Part shown: piece after piece, positions 1 through 9,512 of the stretch
Position numbering within the stretch: the stretch's first letter is position 1
Layout: each line of letters opens with the position of its first letter
Assembly (NCBI GenBank): GCA_963789955.1
Contig: CAWBMV010000015.1
Location: 252,900-316,899 of the forward strand
Direction of reading: 5' to 3'
DNA length: 64,000 nt
DNA from: an uncultured Candidatus Rokubacteria bacterium
Lineage (GTDB): Bacteria > Methylomirabilota > Methylomirabilia > Rokubacteriales > CSP1-6
Notes under the pieces: model-generated
What the model was told of the DNA's origin: nothing
The model's input: the letters and a program-made list of their open reading frames with translations, nothing else
Databases searched by the model: none
Program-made: the position numbers and the translations under genes

Positions 1-901
1 GACGAAGAAGGCGGCGGGCACAACGGCGTGGTGTGGCTCCTCAAGGAGCATCGGGCGCTGATCGACGCCGAGCTGGCGATCAACGAGGGCGGCGGCGGGG
101 CGCTGCAGAAGGGACGGCGTGCGGTCAACAGCCTCCAGGCGAGTGAGAAGATCGTCCAGAGCTATCGGCTCGAGGTGACGAACCGCGGCGGGCACAGCTC
201 GTTGCCCGTCAAGGACAACGCGATCTGGCACCTCGCCGCCGGCCTGGCGCGGCTGGCCGATTTCGACTTCCCGGTCAACCTCGACGAGGTGAACCGGCAG
301 TTCTTCGAGCGCACGAGCGCGCAGATCGGCGGATCGCTCGGGGACGACTTCCGCGCGGTCGCGACCGGCAACCGTGATCCGGCGGTCGTGGCGCGGGTCG
401 CCGCGCTGGGCCCGGTGTTCAACTCGCGGCTGCGCACGACGTGCGTCCCGACGAGGCTCGAGGGCGGCCACGCCGACAACGCGCTGCCGCAGACGGCCCG
501 CGCCGTCGTGAACTGTCGCGTGCTTCCGAACGAGACGGAAGCAGGACGTGCGCCAGCAGCTCGTCCGCGCGCTCGCGAACGACAAGATCAAGGTGACGCC
601 GACCAACAAGTTCTTCCCGAGCCCGCCGTCGCCGCTCACGCCCGAGATCATGAGCGCGGTGGAACGCGTGACGCAGGCGCTGTGGCCCGGCGTTCCCGTC
701 GTGCCGACGATGTCGACCGGCGCCACCGACTCGAGATATCTGCGCTCCGCCGGCATTCCGGCCTACGGCACATCCGGGATGTTCGGCGAGGTCGACGACA
801 TCCGAGCACATGGTCGCGACGAGCGGCTGCTCGTGCGGTCGCTCTACGAGGGGCAGGAGTATCTCTATCGGCTCGTGAAGGTGCTCTCGTCCAAGCCGTA
901 G
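1..901 (+). CDS. M20/M25/M40 family metallopeptidase, 5'-truncated by window edge, one frameshift near 540
   Basis: Frame 1 reads DEEGG...NEGG...GGHSS...GGHADNALP; frame of ORF 548..901 continues MSTGATDSRYLR...AHGRDER, typical M20 motifs. Confidence 0.85.
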
Positions 902-971
902 ACACAGCGACGCCGGTCAACGCGCCTCGGCGCTGACCGGCGTCGGGAAACTCTCGGGGAAGGCCGCCGCG

Positions 972-1415
972 CTACTCGAGATCCAGCTCGTCGCGCTTCG
1001 GCCCGACCGTCTTCATCGTCTCGAACCCGTTCTCGACCATGTCGCAGTAGAGCTCGACCCGGTTACCGTCCGGATCGAAGAAATAGACGCTCCGGGTCAC
1101 GTTGTGCTCGGCGGTGCTGTCGAGCGGGATCCCCATTCGCTTGAGCTCTTTGTAGGCGGCCTTGAGCTCCTCGAAGTTGTCGAGGCGCCACGCGACGTGG
1201 TGCAGGCCCGGCTGAGTCTTCGCCGGCGGCTCGCCGGTCGCTTGCTGGAAGAGCGCCAGGTCGTGGTGCTCCTTGCCGAAGCTGAGGAACACGGCGCCGC
1301 GCTCGAGATTCTCGTGAGCCACCTTCAGGCCCAGGGTCTGCGTGTAGAAGTCCCGAGATTTCTCGGCATTTCGGACGTTCAGCACGACGTGACCGAGCCG
1401 CTTCGCCTGGATCAT
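972..1415 (-). CDS. VOC/glyoxalase family protein
   Basis: LGHVVLNV, HHDLAL, GLHHVAW, SVYFFDPDGNRVE motifs. Confidence 0.9.
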   Translation of the reverse strand: MIQAKRLGHVVLNVRNAEKSRDFYTQTLGLKVAHENLERGAVFLSFGKEHHDLALFQQATGEPPAKTQPGLHHVAWRLDNFEELKAAYKELKRMGIPLDSTAEHNVTRSVYFFDPDGNRVELYCDMVENGFETMKTVGPKRDELDLE

Positions 1416-1567
1416 GGTGTCCCTCCCCGGAGCACCGAGGGCGCTCCCGTGTACCCTCGCGCTTCGCTTACTTTACCGCGCTTTCGCCTCCGCTGCGCAA
1501 CCCCCGATTGCAGCGCGCCGCGAATTCTGGAACACGAGCGCCACTCTCGTGCCGGACGCACGCCAGC

Positions 1568-2680
1568 TCACGTGGCGCGAGAATCGGCCGCCACGACGAG
1601 GCGCTGGCGGCGCTCGACGCCGCCGCGCACGAGGGGAACCAGCTCGCGCCCGAACTCGATCGCGTCCTGGAGCGGGTCGAATCCGCGGATCAGCACGGTG
1701 CCGGCCCCGGCGTCGTAGTAGTCGAGCAAGGATTCGGCGACCTGCTCGGCGGTCCCGACCAGCGCCGTGGTGCTGCCGGCGGCTCCCGTGGCGGCGGCGA
1801 TCGCGGTCCAGAGGCGCTTGTCGTGCACCTCGCCCCGGCCGGCAAGATCGAGCAACCGCTGCGAGCCGATGCTCTGCGGCCGCGCCGGCGTCGTCGCACC
1901 GCCCCGCAGCTCGACGATGCGCTCGAGAATGCCGCGCGCGCGGGCCCAGGCTTTCTCTTCGGTCGCGCCGAGGATCGGACGCACCGACACGCTGAACCGC
2001 GGCGCGCGGCCTGGAGGCGCGGCGGCGCGTACCTCGGCGATCGACTGTCGGATGGCCGCGACCGGCTCACCCCAGAGCGCGTAGACGTCGCAGTGGCGCG
2101 CGCCGACCGCGAGTGCTGCGCCGGAGGCGCCGCCGAAGTAGATCGGAATCGCCGGCTGCTGCAGCGGCTTGACCTCGGAGAAGGCGCCGCGCACCCGGTA
2201 GAACTCGCCGTCGAAGTCGAATGGACGGCTGCTGGTCCAGGTGCGACGCAGGACTTCGAGATACTCGTCGGTCCGTCGGTAGCGGGCGTCGTGGTCGAGG
2301 AAGTCGCCGTCGCGCTGCTGCTCGACGTCGCTGCCGCCGGTGATGATGTGGAGCGCGATGCGGCCGCCGGTCAGGTGGTCGAGCGAGGCGGCTTTCCGCG
2401 CGGCGAGCGTCGGCGCGACGAACCCGGGGCGATGGGCGATGAGGAAGCCGAGCCGCGTCGTGGCCGCGGCGGCGTGCGCCGTGACCACGAAGCCGTCGGC
2501 GCCCGTCGAGCCGTAGCCGACCAGCACGCGGTCGAAGCCGCCTTCTTCGTGGATGCGGGCGAACTCCGCGATGAAGCGCGGATCGACGGCGCCGGTGATG
2601 ATCGACTTGCCGTAGATCTCCGACGCCAAGGTCGTCGAGATCATCCCGATGATTTCGATTCCGGAGCTCCGCACGGTCAC
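1568..2680 (-). CDS. LLM-class flavin-dependent monooxygenase (SsuD/alkanesulfonate monooxygenase-like)
   Basis: GFDRVL, FLIAHRPGF, PTLAARKAASLDHLTGGR, IYFGGAS, ALVGTAEQVA. Confidence 0.9.
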   Translation of the reverse strand: MTVRSSGIEIIGMISTTLASEIYGKSIITGAVDPRFIAEFARIHEEGGFDRVLVGYGSTGADGFVVTAHAAAATTRLGFLIAHRPGFVAPTLAARKAASLDHLTGGRIALHIITGGSDVEQQRDGDFLDHDARYRRTDEYLEVLRRTWTSSRPFDFDGEFYRVRGAFSEVKPLQQPAIPIYFGGASGAALAVGARHCDVYALWGEPVAAIRQSIAEVRAAAPPGRAPRFSVSVRPILGATEEKAWARARGILERIVELRGGATTPARPQSIGSQRLLDLAGRGEVHDKRLWTAIAAATGAAGSTTALVGTAEQVAESLLDYYDAGAGTVLIRGFDPLQDAIEFGRELVPLVRGGVERRQRLVVAADSRAT

Positions 2681-2687
2681 CTCCGCC

Positions 2688-3341
2688 TCAGGACCGACGC
2701 AGCTGCTCGAGGATCTTCACCGTGTCTGCCGGCTCCGGCCGGTGCGTGTAGTCCGGATCGGCGTTGACGGCACGGATGATGCCCTGACGATCGATGACGA
2801 ACCTGGCCGGAACGGGTAGGCGCCACGTACCGTCACCATTGCCGCGCGCCAGATCGATCCCGAACTTCGTGTAGATCTCGCGCAGGTCGTCGGGCAACGT
2901 GAAGACCAGGCCGTACGATTCGGCGACGCGATTGCCGAAGTCGCGCAGCATTGCGTAGGCGAATGCCTCCGCCTCTTGCGTCTCGCGCGGTGTCCGCGCC
3001 ACCTGGGGCGAGATGACCGCGAGGCTCGCGCCGGCGCCGGTGATCTCGGGCAGGGCACGCTGCAGAGCTGCCAGCTCTGCGTTGCAGTAGGGTCACCAGC
3101 GGCCGCGGTAGAAGGACAGGACGACCGGTCCACGGGCCCGCAGCTCGGCGAGGCTGACCTGGCGTCCGCCGGCGTCGGGGAGCGTAAAGTCCGGCGCCGG
3201 CTGACCGACCTTCGCGATTCGGCTCATGATCCCAGCAGCCCGAAGATCCTCGACGCTCCGCTCCATGATCACCCGCGCCTCGGCCGGGATCCGCGCCTTG
3301 GCCGCCTCGCGCAGCTTGTCGAGCTGGTCTTGCAACGTCAT
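2688..3341 (-). CDS. AhpC/TSA (peroxiredoxin-like, thioredoxin fold) protein with in-frame UGA, predicted selenoprotein (UPYC)
   Basis: ORFs 3093..3413 and 2688..3002 share a frame, separated only by TGA at 3093-3095 in FYRGRW-TGA-PYCNAEL, the first Cys position of the WCPYC motif; SD GAGGAGG before ATG 3341. Confidence 0.88.
3062..3080 (-). promoter_or_regulatory. Putative bacterial SECIS hairpin
   Basis: GCAGAGCT-GGC-AGCTCTGC: 8-bp perfect stem with G-containing loop, starting 12 nt after the UGA. Confidence 0.7.
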
Positions 3342-3397
3342 CGCGTCCTCCTCGAGACGATCAATCCGGACGTGGGCGACCGCGCGGTGAGAGGAAG

Positions 3398-3429
3398 ATG
3401 CCCCGCCGGCCAAGCGACCGGCGGGGCAT
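3398..3429 (-). terminator. Strong intergenic hairpin, terminator or stabiliser after the dioxygenase gene
   Basis: ATGCCCCGCCGG-N8-CCGGCGGGGCAT 12-bp perfect stem; only a weak pyrimidine tail. Confidence 0.5.
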
Positions 3430-3453
3430 TGGCGTCGACTCAGGAACCCGAAG

Positions 3454-4402
3454 CTACGCGATCACCCGATTGAGGAATCGCTCCGGCGGCCGCTCGCCCC
3501 ACTGAGAAACCAGTCCGTCGTCGGCCGAGATCAGGTTCGAGCCGTTCTTCGCGTTCAGCCGGTCGGTGTCGGACCAGTGCTCGTGCACGCGGCCCCACGG
3601 ATCGGACCAGTAGTCGTAGATCTGGCTGCCGAGCAGATGACGCCCGATTCCCCACATGTGCTCGTACTTGCCGAGCTTCTGCAGGTGCTCATGACCGGTG
3701 AACACGTCGTCGATGTCGGCCACCTCGAACGAGAAATGATTCAGGCCGGCGCGCTCGTTCCGGACGCAGAAGAACACGTGGTGGTCGACGTAGGTGGCGC
3801 CGCGATCGAGCCGGTTGAACGATCCGATGATGTTGTCCTTGCTCCCGGCGTAGACGTCGTCCGAACAGATGAAGCCGAGCGTGTCGCGGAACCAGCGGGC
3901 CGTCTCCACGACCTTCGGCGACGCCATGACCGCGTGACCGATCCGCTTGACCCGGGACGGGCCCAGATGGATCCGCATCACCTTGCCCGCGCGCTTGAGC
4001 CCTTCCGACCCGAGATTGAGGGGCTGCCGCTTCACGACGATCGGCTTGAGCTTCTTGATCCCGTACACCACCTCGATCTGGTAGCCGTTCGGCTCCTTCA
4101 GCCGCACGCGCTTGCCGCCGCCGGGCTCGTCGATGTCCTCGACGCCCGGAGGCGCCCGGGGCCTTGGCGACCTTCTTCAGATCGTCCAGGCTGGCCGCGT
4201 AGTAGGCGATACCCACGAAGCCGGGGTCGCCCTTCTCCGTGACATGAAGATGGTGAGGCGCATCGGTGCCCCGCATGTAGAGCGCGGTGTTCGTCCGGGC
4301 CGCCCGCACCATGCCGAAGTTGGTGAGGAACTCCTCCGCCGTATCGAGGTCCGGCGCCCGGAGCCGCCCGTATGCGAGATCGGTCACCTTGATGAGTGCC
4401 AT
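3454..4402 (-). CDS. Two-domain VOC extradiol dioxygenase-like protein (trihydroxytoluene oxygenase-like), frameshift near 4145
   Basis: N-half LRAPDLD..EEFLTNFG...LYMRG; C-half IGHAV, DHHVFF, HFSFEV, WGIGRHLLGSQIYDYWSDPWG. Confidence 0.8.
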
Positions 4403-4476
4403 CGCCTGTCCTCCTGTGTTCGGACGCTCGACATGCTAGACCACCGGCAATTCCAGGGCAAGAAGCGAGGGAGGAC

Positions 4477-4830
4477 TCAACGCCCCATGAGGCGATCGTA
4501 GGACGACGAGATCCGGTCGATCAGCTGCGGATCGACCGTCGTGGCGCCCACCGTGTTGAACTGCACGCGCACGCTTCCGTCGGCCTGCGTCTGTACCAGT
4601 CCGACCACTTGAATCCCACTGAGGTCGCCGCGCAAGGTCCCGGTCGAGCGGTCTTCCTGGTTGATCCGCACGCCCTGCTCCTGCATCGCGTTGCGCGCGG
4701 CGGACCACGAACGATCGAACGTCGAGACGGGAGCCGGCGCGTAGACACCCGGCGCCGTTTGGTAGTACGTGCAGCCGGCGAGCAGGCTCGTGCAGAGCCC
4801 CAGCGCGAGCCCGAGTCGAAGGGCGGTCAT
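4477..4830 (-). CDS. Small hypothetical lipoprotein
   Basis: MTALRLGLALGLCTSLLAGC signal with lipobox; in-frame tail of ORF 4477..5748. Confidence 0.6.
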   Translation of the reverse strand: MTALRLGLALGLCTSLLAGCTYYQTAPGVYAPAPVSTFDRSWSAARNAMQEQGVRINQEDRSTGTLRGDLSGIQVVGLVQTQADGSVRVQFNTVGATTVDPQLIDRISSSYDRLMGR

Positions 4831-5748
4831 TTCGCGGCTCGTTTCGGACGCGACTTTGGTCCACGTCTTGTCGGGGTTGTAGGTCTTCATCGCCTCCGCA
4901 ATCTGGGCGGTTCTCGGCCCGAGGTCCTTCTGATACACGATGCCGTCGTGGCTCACCATGAACGTCATGATGCCCGAGACGGCGTACGTGGCGGGGAACG
5001 CCACGAGCGCGAACCCGCCGATCATGTGCCCCTTGACGACATAGTCGTAGGCGCCGCCGGGCGCGGCGGGACCCTGCGAGAGCAGCGGGCGAAACAGGTA
5101 GCCGTTGTAGGGCGACCGCTTGCCGGGCTCGGGTCTCCTGTATCCCGCCGCCCTCGCCTCCGCGATGAGCGGGCCGATCGGGCTCTGCCTCTCTCCGGGC
5201 CGTGTCGGCCAGTAGAGACCATCCCGTTTGCCCTGGGTGCTCTCAAGACGCTGTGCGAACTCGAGCACGCCGGCGCCGCGGTCCCGTGAGTAGTATTCGC
5301 GCTGCGCGTCGACGTAGGCCAGGCACACCTGGATCGTGGCGAGCTCGTTTCGTCCGACCCGACGGTAGAGGATCTCGTCGTCGCCGGCGTCGGTATCCCA
5401 GAACCATCGCGGGCCGTCGGGCACGAGCGGGATGGGAAGCGGATAGTCATCGTCACCGACGTAGAGGACGACCTTGCCGCCGCCGCCCTCGAGCCGGTGC
5501 TTGCGATCGTAGGCCGTCACGAACCGCTGGAATCCCGCGCGATCGGCGACATTGTCACCAGACCAGACGATGGGGACCCCTTTGGGGCCGAGGATCTCGA
5601 CGATCGCTTTTCGGTCCTCGGCACGAAACGCCGCGACGAGCGCGTTGACGGCGTCGTCCAGGGACGCGAAGCTCTTCTGCCCGGCCGCGGCGAATACGGC
5701 GCCCTGCAGACCAACCACGAGCGCGAGCGCGATGCTCAGAGCCTTCAT
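4831..5748 (-). CDS. DUF2950 family exported protein (stop not seen; runs into the lipoprotein)
   Basis: SGD.VADR, PLPIPLV, RRVGRNEL, YVDAQREY, DGLYW, PYNGYLF, GGFALVAFPA.Y..SGIMTF, VYQKDLG; adjacent to DUF3300 as usual. Confidence 0.85.
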
Positions 5749-7194
5749 CGCCGCCCTCCGCCTCTCGAGCCACCGCCGCCGCCACCACCGCCGCCCCTCG
5801 AGCCACCACCGCCACCGCCGCCTCGGCTGCCACCGCCGCCGCCACCGCTGTAGCTGCTTCCGCCACCTCGGCTGCCGCCGCCGCTGTTGCCGCTCGCGCG
5901 TGAGGAGCTCACGCTGGACTGACCACGCTGGCTGTCGGCGCGCGTCTGGCTGCCTTGCCCCACGCCCTGGAACGCTCCGGACTCACGCCCGCCGCCGCCA
6001 CCTCCGCCCTCGCGAGTGCTTGCGCTCGGGCCGCGTTGCCCGGCTCCGGCCCCGCCTTCGCGAGTGCTGGCGCTCGGGCCGCCTCCGCGGCCCGCATCCT
6101 GACGGCCGCCCCCCTGATCGCCTCGGCCTTTGTAGGCGTCGCGCGTACCCGCCTGGGGACCGCTGGCGCGGTTGTACTTCTGCTGCGTGCCCTTGTCACG
6201 ATACTGGGCGCCCCCGCGATGCTCGGGATTGTGCTTGAACGAGTCCTTGCCGCCCTGGCCGCCGCTGCCTCGCTCGTTCTTGATCTGGGTGGCCTTGTCA
6301 CCACGATTGACGTTGTTGGTGAAGTTGTTGGTCTTGTTCACGTCGATGTCGACGTCACCGCCACCCCAGTTACAGCCGCCCCACACGGCCGCGCCAACTG
6401 CCATTCCGACGCCGAACGACAGCGCCGCTGCGCCCCACGGGTACGCGGGCGGGTACGGGTAGTAGGGCGGGTAGGCGGGCGGATAGGATCCGTACACGAC
6501 GGTCGGGTTGTAGGCCGGGACGTAGATCACCTGCGGATTTGCCGGCTCGATCTTGATGACGGTCTGCTCCGCCGGTTGTGGCGGCGCCGGCGGCTGACCC
6601 GCCGGCGGCGGAGGCGGCGGCGCGCTCTCGACCTGCTCGACGATCACCTTTTGCTGCTCGTTCGACTTCAGATTGCCCTGCGCCTGCGCCTTCGCGCGCA
6701 TGCGCTGGATAGCGTCCATGGTGTCCTTCCTCTGATCGAGGAAGGCGTCGCCGAGCTTCTGCATCCAGTCGATCTTCTCGTTCAAGATGTCCAGCGTCTG
6801 GGGAAAGCTGCAGAGCGACTTCACGCTGTCGTCCCAGTCGTACTTCTTGAGCTCCTCGTTGAGCGCCGTGGTCCTTGAGATTCGGCTTGGACTTCATCAA
6901 CCGCGCTGCCTGGATGACCTCGAGCGGGTACGTGGCCGCCATCAGCACCTGCGCCACGAGCGGATCCGGATAGAGCGCGATGGGCGCGACGATCGCTTCG
7001 AGCTCCTCCGGCTTGAACGGCTGAACGTCGTTGTCGCCGGGCTGGGCGGCCGGCGCCGGCTGTTGGGCCGGGGCCGGTGCCGTCTGCTGAGGCGCCGGAG
7101 GCTGCTGGGCCCGCGGAAGCGGCGGCGCGGCGAGCAGAATCGCGAGCGTGACCGGCACCGATCGGGCCGCAATGTTCTGGATCCGGCGTCTCAT
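5745..7194 (-). CDS. DUF3300 domain protein with Gly/Arg-rich tail, frameshift near 6870
   Basis: VAPIALYPDPLVAQVLMAATYPLEV, WDDSVKSL, LGDAFL, IEPANPQVIYVP.YNP..VYG. Confidence 0.88.
5752..5885 (-). repeat. Coding low-complexity repeat (GGGGGGSR)n
   Basis: Repeated ccaccgccgcc/cctcgag units encoding G6-7SR. Confidence 0.7.
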
Positions 7195-7216
7195 GTTTCC
7201 TCCGGTGCGCAGTCTA

Positions 7217-7781
7217 CTACCTTCCATAGGCGGGCCGCCGCGCGACCGCGTCCTTCATCCCCTTGAGTCGGAAGCCCAGGCCGATCATCAGGATTCCGAC
7301 CACGATCGCGAACGTGCCGATCAACCACAGCACCGCGAGCACCCCCGCGCCCGGCGCGGCGATGAGGACGACGCCGAAGAGCACGGTCACGCACCCCGTT
7401 CAGCGCGAGCAGCCACTCGTTCCTCAGCTCGCGACGCAGATGAAACGCCGCGATGATCTCGAAGACGCCGCGCACGATGGCCCACACCGCGATCACATAG
7501 AGGAGCGCAATCGCGGTGACCCCGGGCATGAGCAAGGTCACGGCGCCGGCAACGAGGCTCGCCAGACCAGCCAGGAAGACCGCCCACGAAAACCCCTCGC
7601 GCCGCCGCGCGAGCGCCCACAGGACCGCCAGGATCCCGTCGATGAAGAGATAGCCGCCGTAGAGGAGGACGAGGACCGCCAAGGTGAGTCCGGGCCAGAA
7701 GAACGTGCCGATTCCGAAGAGCACCGCGAAGACACCCCGCAGGACGATTGCCCACCAGTTCTGTGCCAGTGTGTGGAGCAT
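7217..7781 (-). CDS. HdeD/DUF308 family membrane protein, frameshift near 7395
   Basis: NWWAIVLRGVFAVLFG...WPG.T...LVLLYG, WAIVRGVFEIIAA..LR; several TM segments. Confidence 0.85.
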
Positions 7782-7990
7782 TGTCGCGCCTTTCCGCCCG
7801 TCAACGTCGGGCGTATCTCCGTGATGGGTCCGGTCGAGCCCCAGTCGTGCGCTCCAGAGAATCGGGGGGCCGCGACCGGCCAACAATGAGACCTTGGTCG
7901 GATGCCGGAGCGGCGTAGGACTTTGGTCCCACTATGCCGAACGGGCCGGCGCCGGTTCAATGCCCGGACAGAGGACGGGAGGTCTGACTC

Positions 7991-8803
7991 ATGGAACTCA
8001 AAGAGATGATGCAGGTCGCGATCGACGTCGGCACACGGTTCGGCATCCGCATCGTCGGGGCGATCGCGCTGTGGATCGTCGGACGGGCGGTCATCAATTT
8101 CTGCGGGCGACTGATCGACCGCGGACTGGTCAATCAGCACATCGACCCCACGCTCGGCCGCTACGTCAAGTCGACGGTGTCGATCGCGCTGAACGTCGTC
8201 CTGGTCATCGCGATCCTCGGAATCTTCGGCGTCGAGACCACCACCTTCGCGGCGGTGATCGCCGCCGCCGGCGTCGCGATCGGGATCGCCTGGGGCGGCA
8301 TGCTCGGCAACTTCGCGGCCGGCGTGTTCCTCGTGATCTTTCGCCCGTTCAAGACCGGCGATTTCGTCAGCGCGGGCGGCGTGACCGGGACCGTGCACGA
8401 GATCGGGATGTTCGCCAGCAGCATCGACACGCCCGACAACGTGCGGACCATCGTCGGCAACAACAAGATCGTCAGCGACACGATCCAGAACTTCTCGGCC
8501 AATCCCTACCGGCGCGTGGATCTCACGGCGCAGCTCGCCCACGGCGTGGACGCGAGGGACGCGGTCGCGATGCTGAAGGACCGGATGGCGAAGATCCCGA
8601 ACGTGCTGACGGAGCCCGCCCCCGACGTGGAGATCCTCCAGTTCACCCTGGCCGGCCCCGTGCTCGCCGTCCGGCCGTACTGCAACAACGCGCACTACTG
8701 GCAGGTCTACTTCGACACCAACCGGGTGATCCGCGACTCGTTCGCCTCGGCGCGGTATCCGGTGCCCGAGCAGCACGTCCGGGTCCAGAGCCCCGCCGGC
8801 TGA
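7991..8803 (+). CDS. mscS: Small-conductance mechanosensitive channel (MscS family)
   Basis: AAAGVAIGIA, NFAAGV, FRPFKTGDFV, GTVHEIG, RRVDL. Confidence 0.92.
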   Translation: MELKEMMQVAIDVGTRFGIRIVGAIALWIVGRAVINFCGRLIDRGLVNQHIDPTLGRYVKSTVSIALNVVLVIAILGIFGVETTTFAAVIAAAGVAIGIAWGGMLGNFAAGVFLVIFRPFKTGDFVSAGGVTGTVHEIGMFASSIDTPDNVRTIVGNNKIVSDTIQNFSANPYRRVDLTAQLAHGVDARDAVAMLKDRMAKIPNVLTEPAPDVEILQFTLAGPVLAVRPYCNNAHYWQVYFDTNRVIRDSFASARYPVPEQHVRVQSPAG

Positions 8804-8804
8804 T

Positions 8805-9512
8805 TCACTGCTGGCCGAGGTAGGCCTCGCGGATTCTCGCGTCGCGCGCGAGGTCCGACGGGGCGCCCTCGGCGACGATGCGCCCCTGCTCGAGGACGTA
8901 GGCGCGGGCGGCGATCGCGAAAGCCTGCACGATGTTCTGCTCGACCAGCAGGACCGCGACGCCCTCCGCGTGGATCGCGGCGACGACCTCGAACACCTGA
9001 TCGACGATCTGCGGCGCCAGACCGAGCGAGGGCTCGTCGAGCAGCAGGAGCCGCGGCATCGCCATCAGCGCGCGTCCGATCGCGACCATCTGCTGCTGAC
9101 CGCCCGAGAGCGAGCCGGCCAGCTGTCGCCGGCGCTCGCGCAAGATGGGGAAGGTCGCGTAGACGCGCTCGAGGCTCTGACTGCGCCGCGCGCGCGCCGC
9201 CGGCGCGTAGCAGCCGATCTCGAGATTTTCCTCCACCGTCATCGCCGCGAAGAGGCGGCGGCCTTCCGGGACCAGCGCGATCCCGTGGCTGCAGAGCGCG
9301 TGCGGCGGGACCGACGACAGATCGCGCTCGTCGAGCCGCACGCGTCCGGCGCGCACCGGCAGGAGGCCGGCGATCGCGTCGATGAGCGTGGTCTTCCCGG
9401 CGCCGTTGGGTCCCACGACGGTGACGAGCTCGCCGGCGCCGACGGCGAGCGACACGTCCCAGATCGCGACGGCATCGCCGTAGCCGACCTCGAGGCGCTC
9501 GACGTCAAGCAT
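8805..9512 (-). CDS. ABC transporter ATPase, LivF-like
   Basis: GPNGAGKT, VPEGRRLF, LSGGQQQM, LLLDEPSLGLAP. Confidence 0.93.
   Translation of the reverse strand: MLDVERLEVGYGDAVAIWDVSLAVGAGELVTVVGPNGAGKTTLIDAIAGLLPVRAGRVRLDERDLSSVPPHALCSHGIALVPEGRRLFAAMTVEENLEIGCYAPAARARRSQSLERVYATFPILRERRRQLAGSLSGGQQQMVAIGRALMAMPRLLLLDEPSLGLAPQIVDQVFEVVAAIHAEGVAVLLVEQNIVQAFAIAARAYVLEQGRIVAEGAPSDLARDARIREAYLGQQ

Noticed and set aside
4477..5748. DUF2950-lipoprotein fusion
   Set aside because: An internal signal peptide with lipobox at 4830 and an ATGA context suggest two genes merged by an indel.
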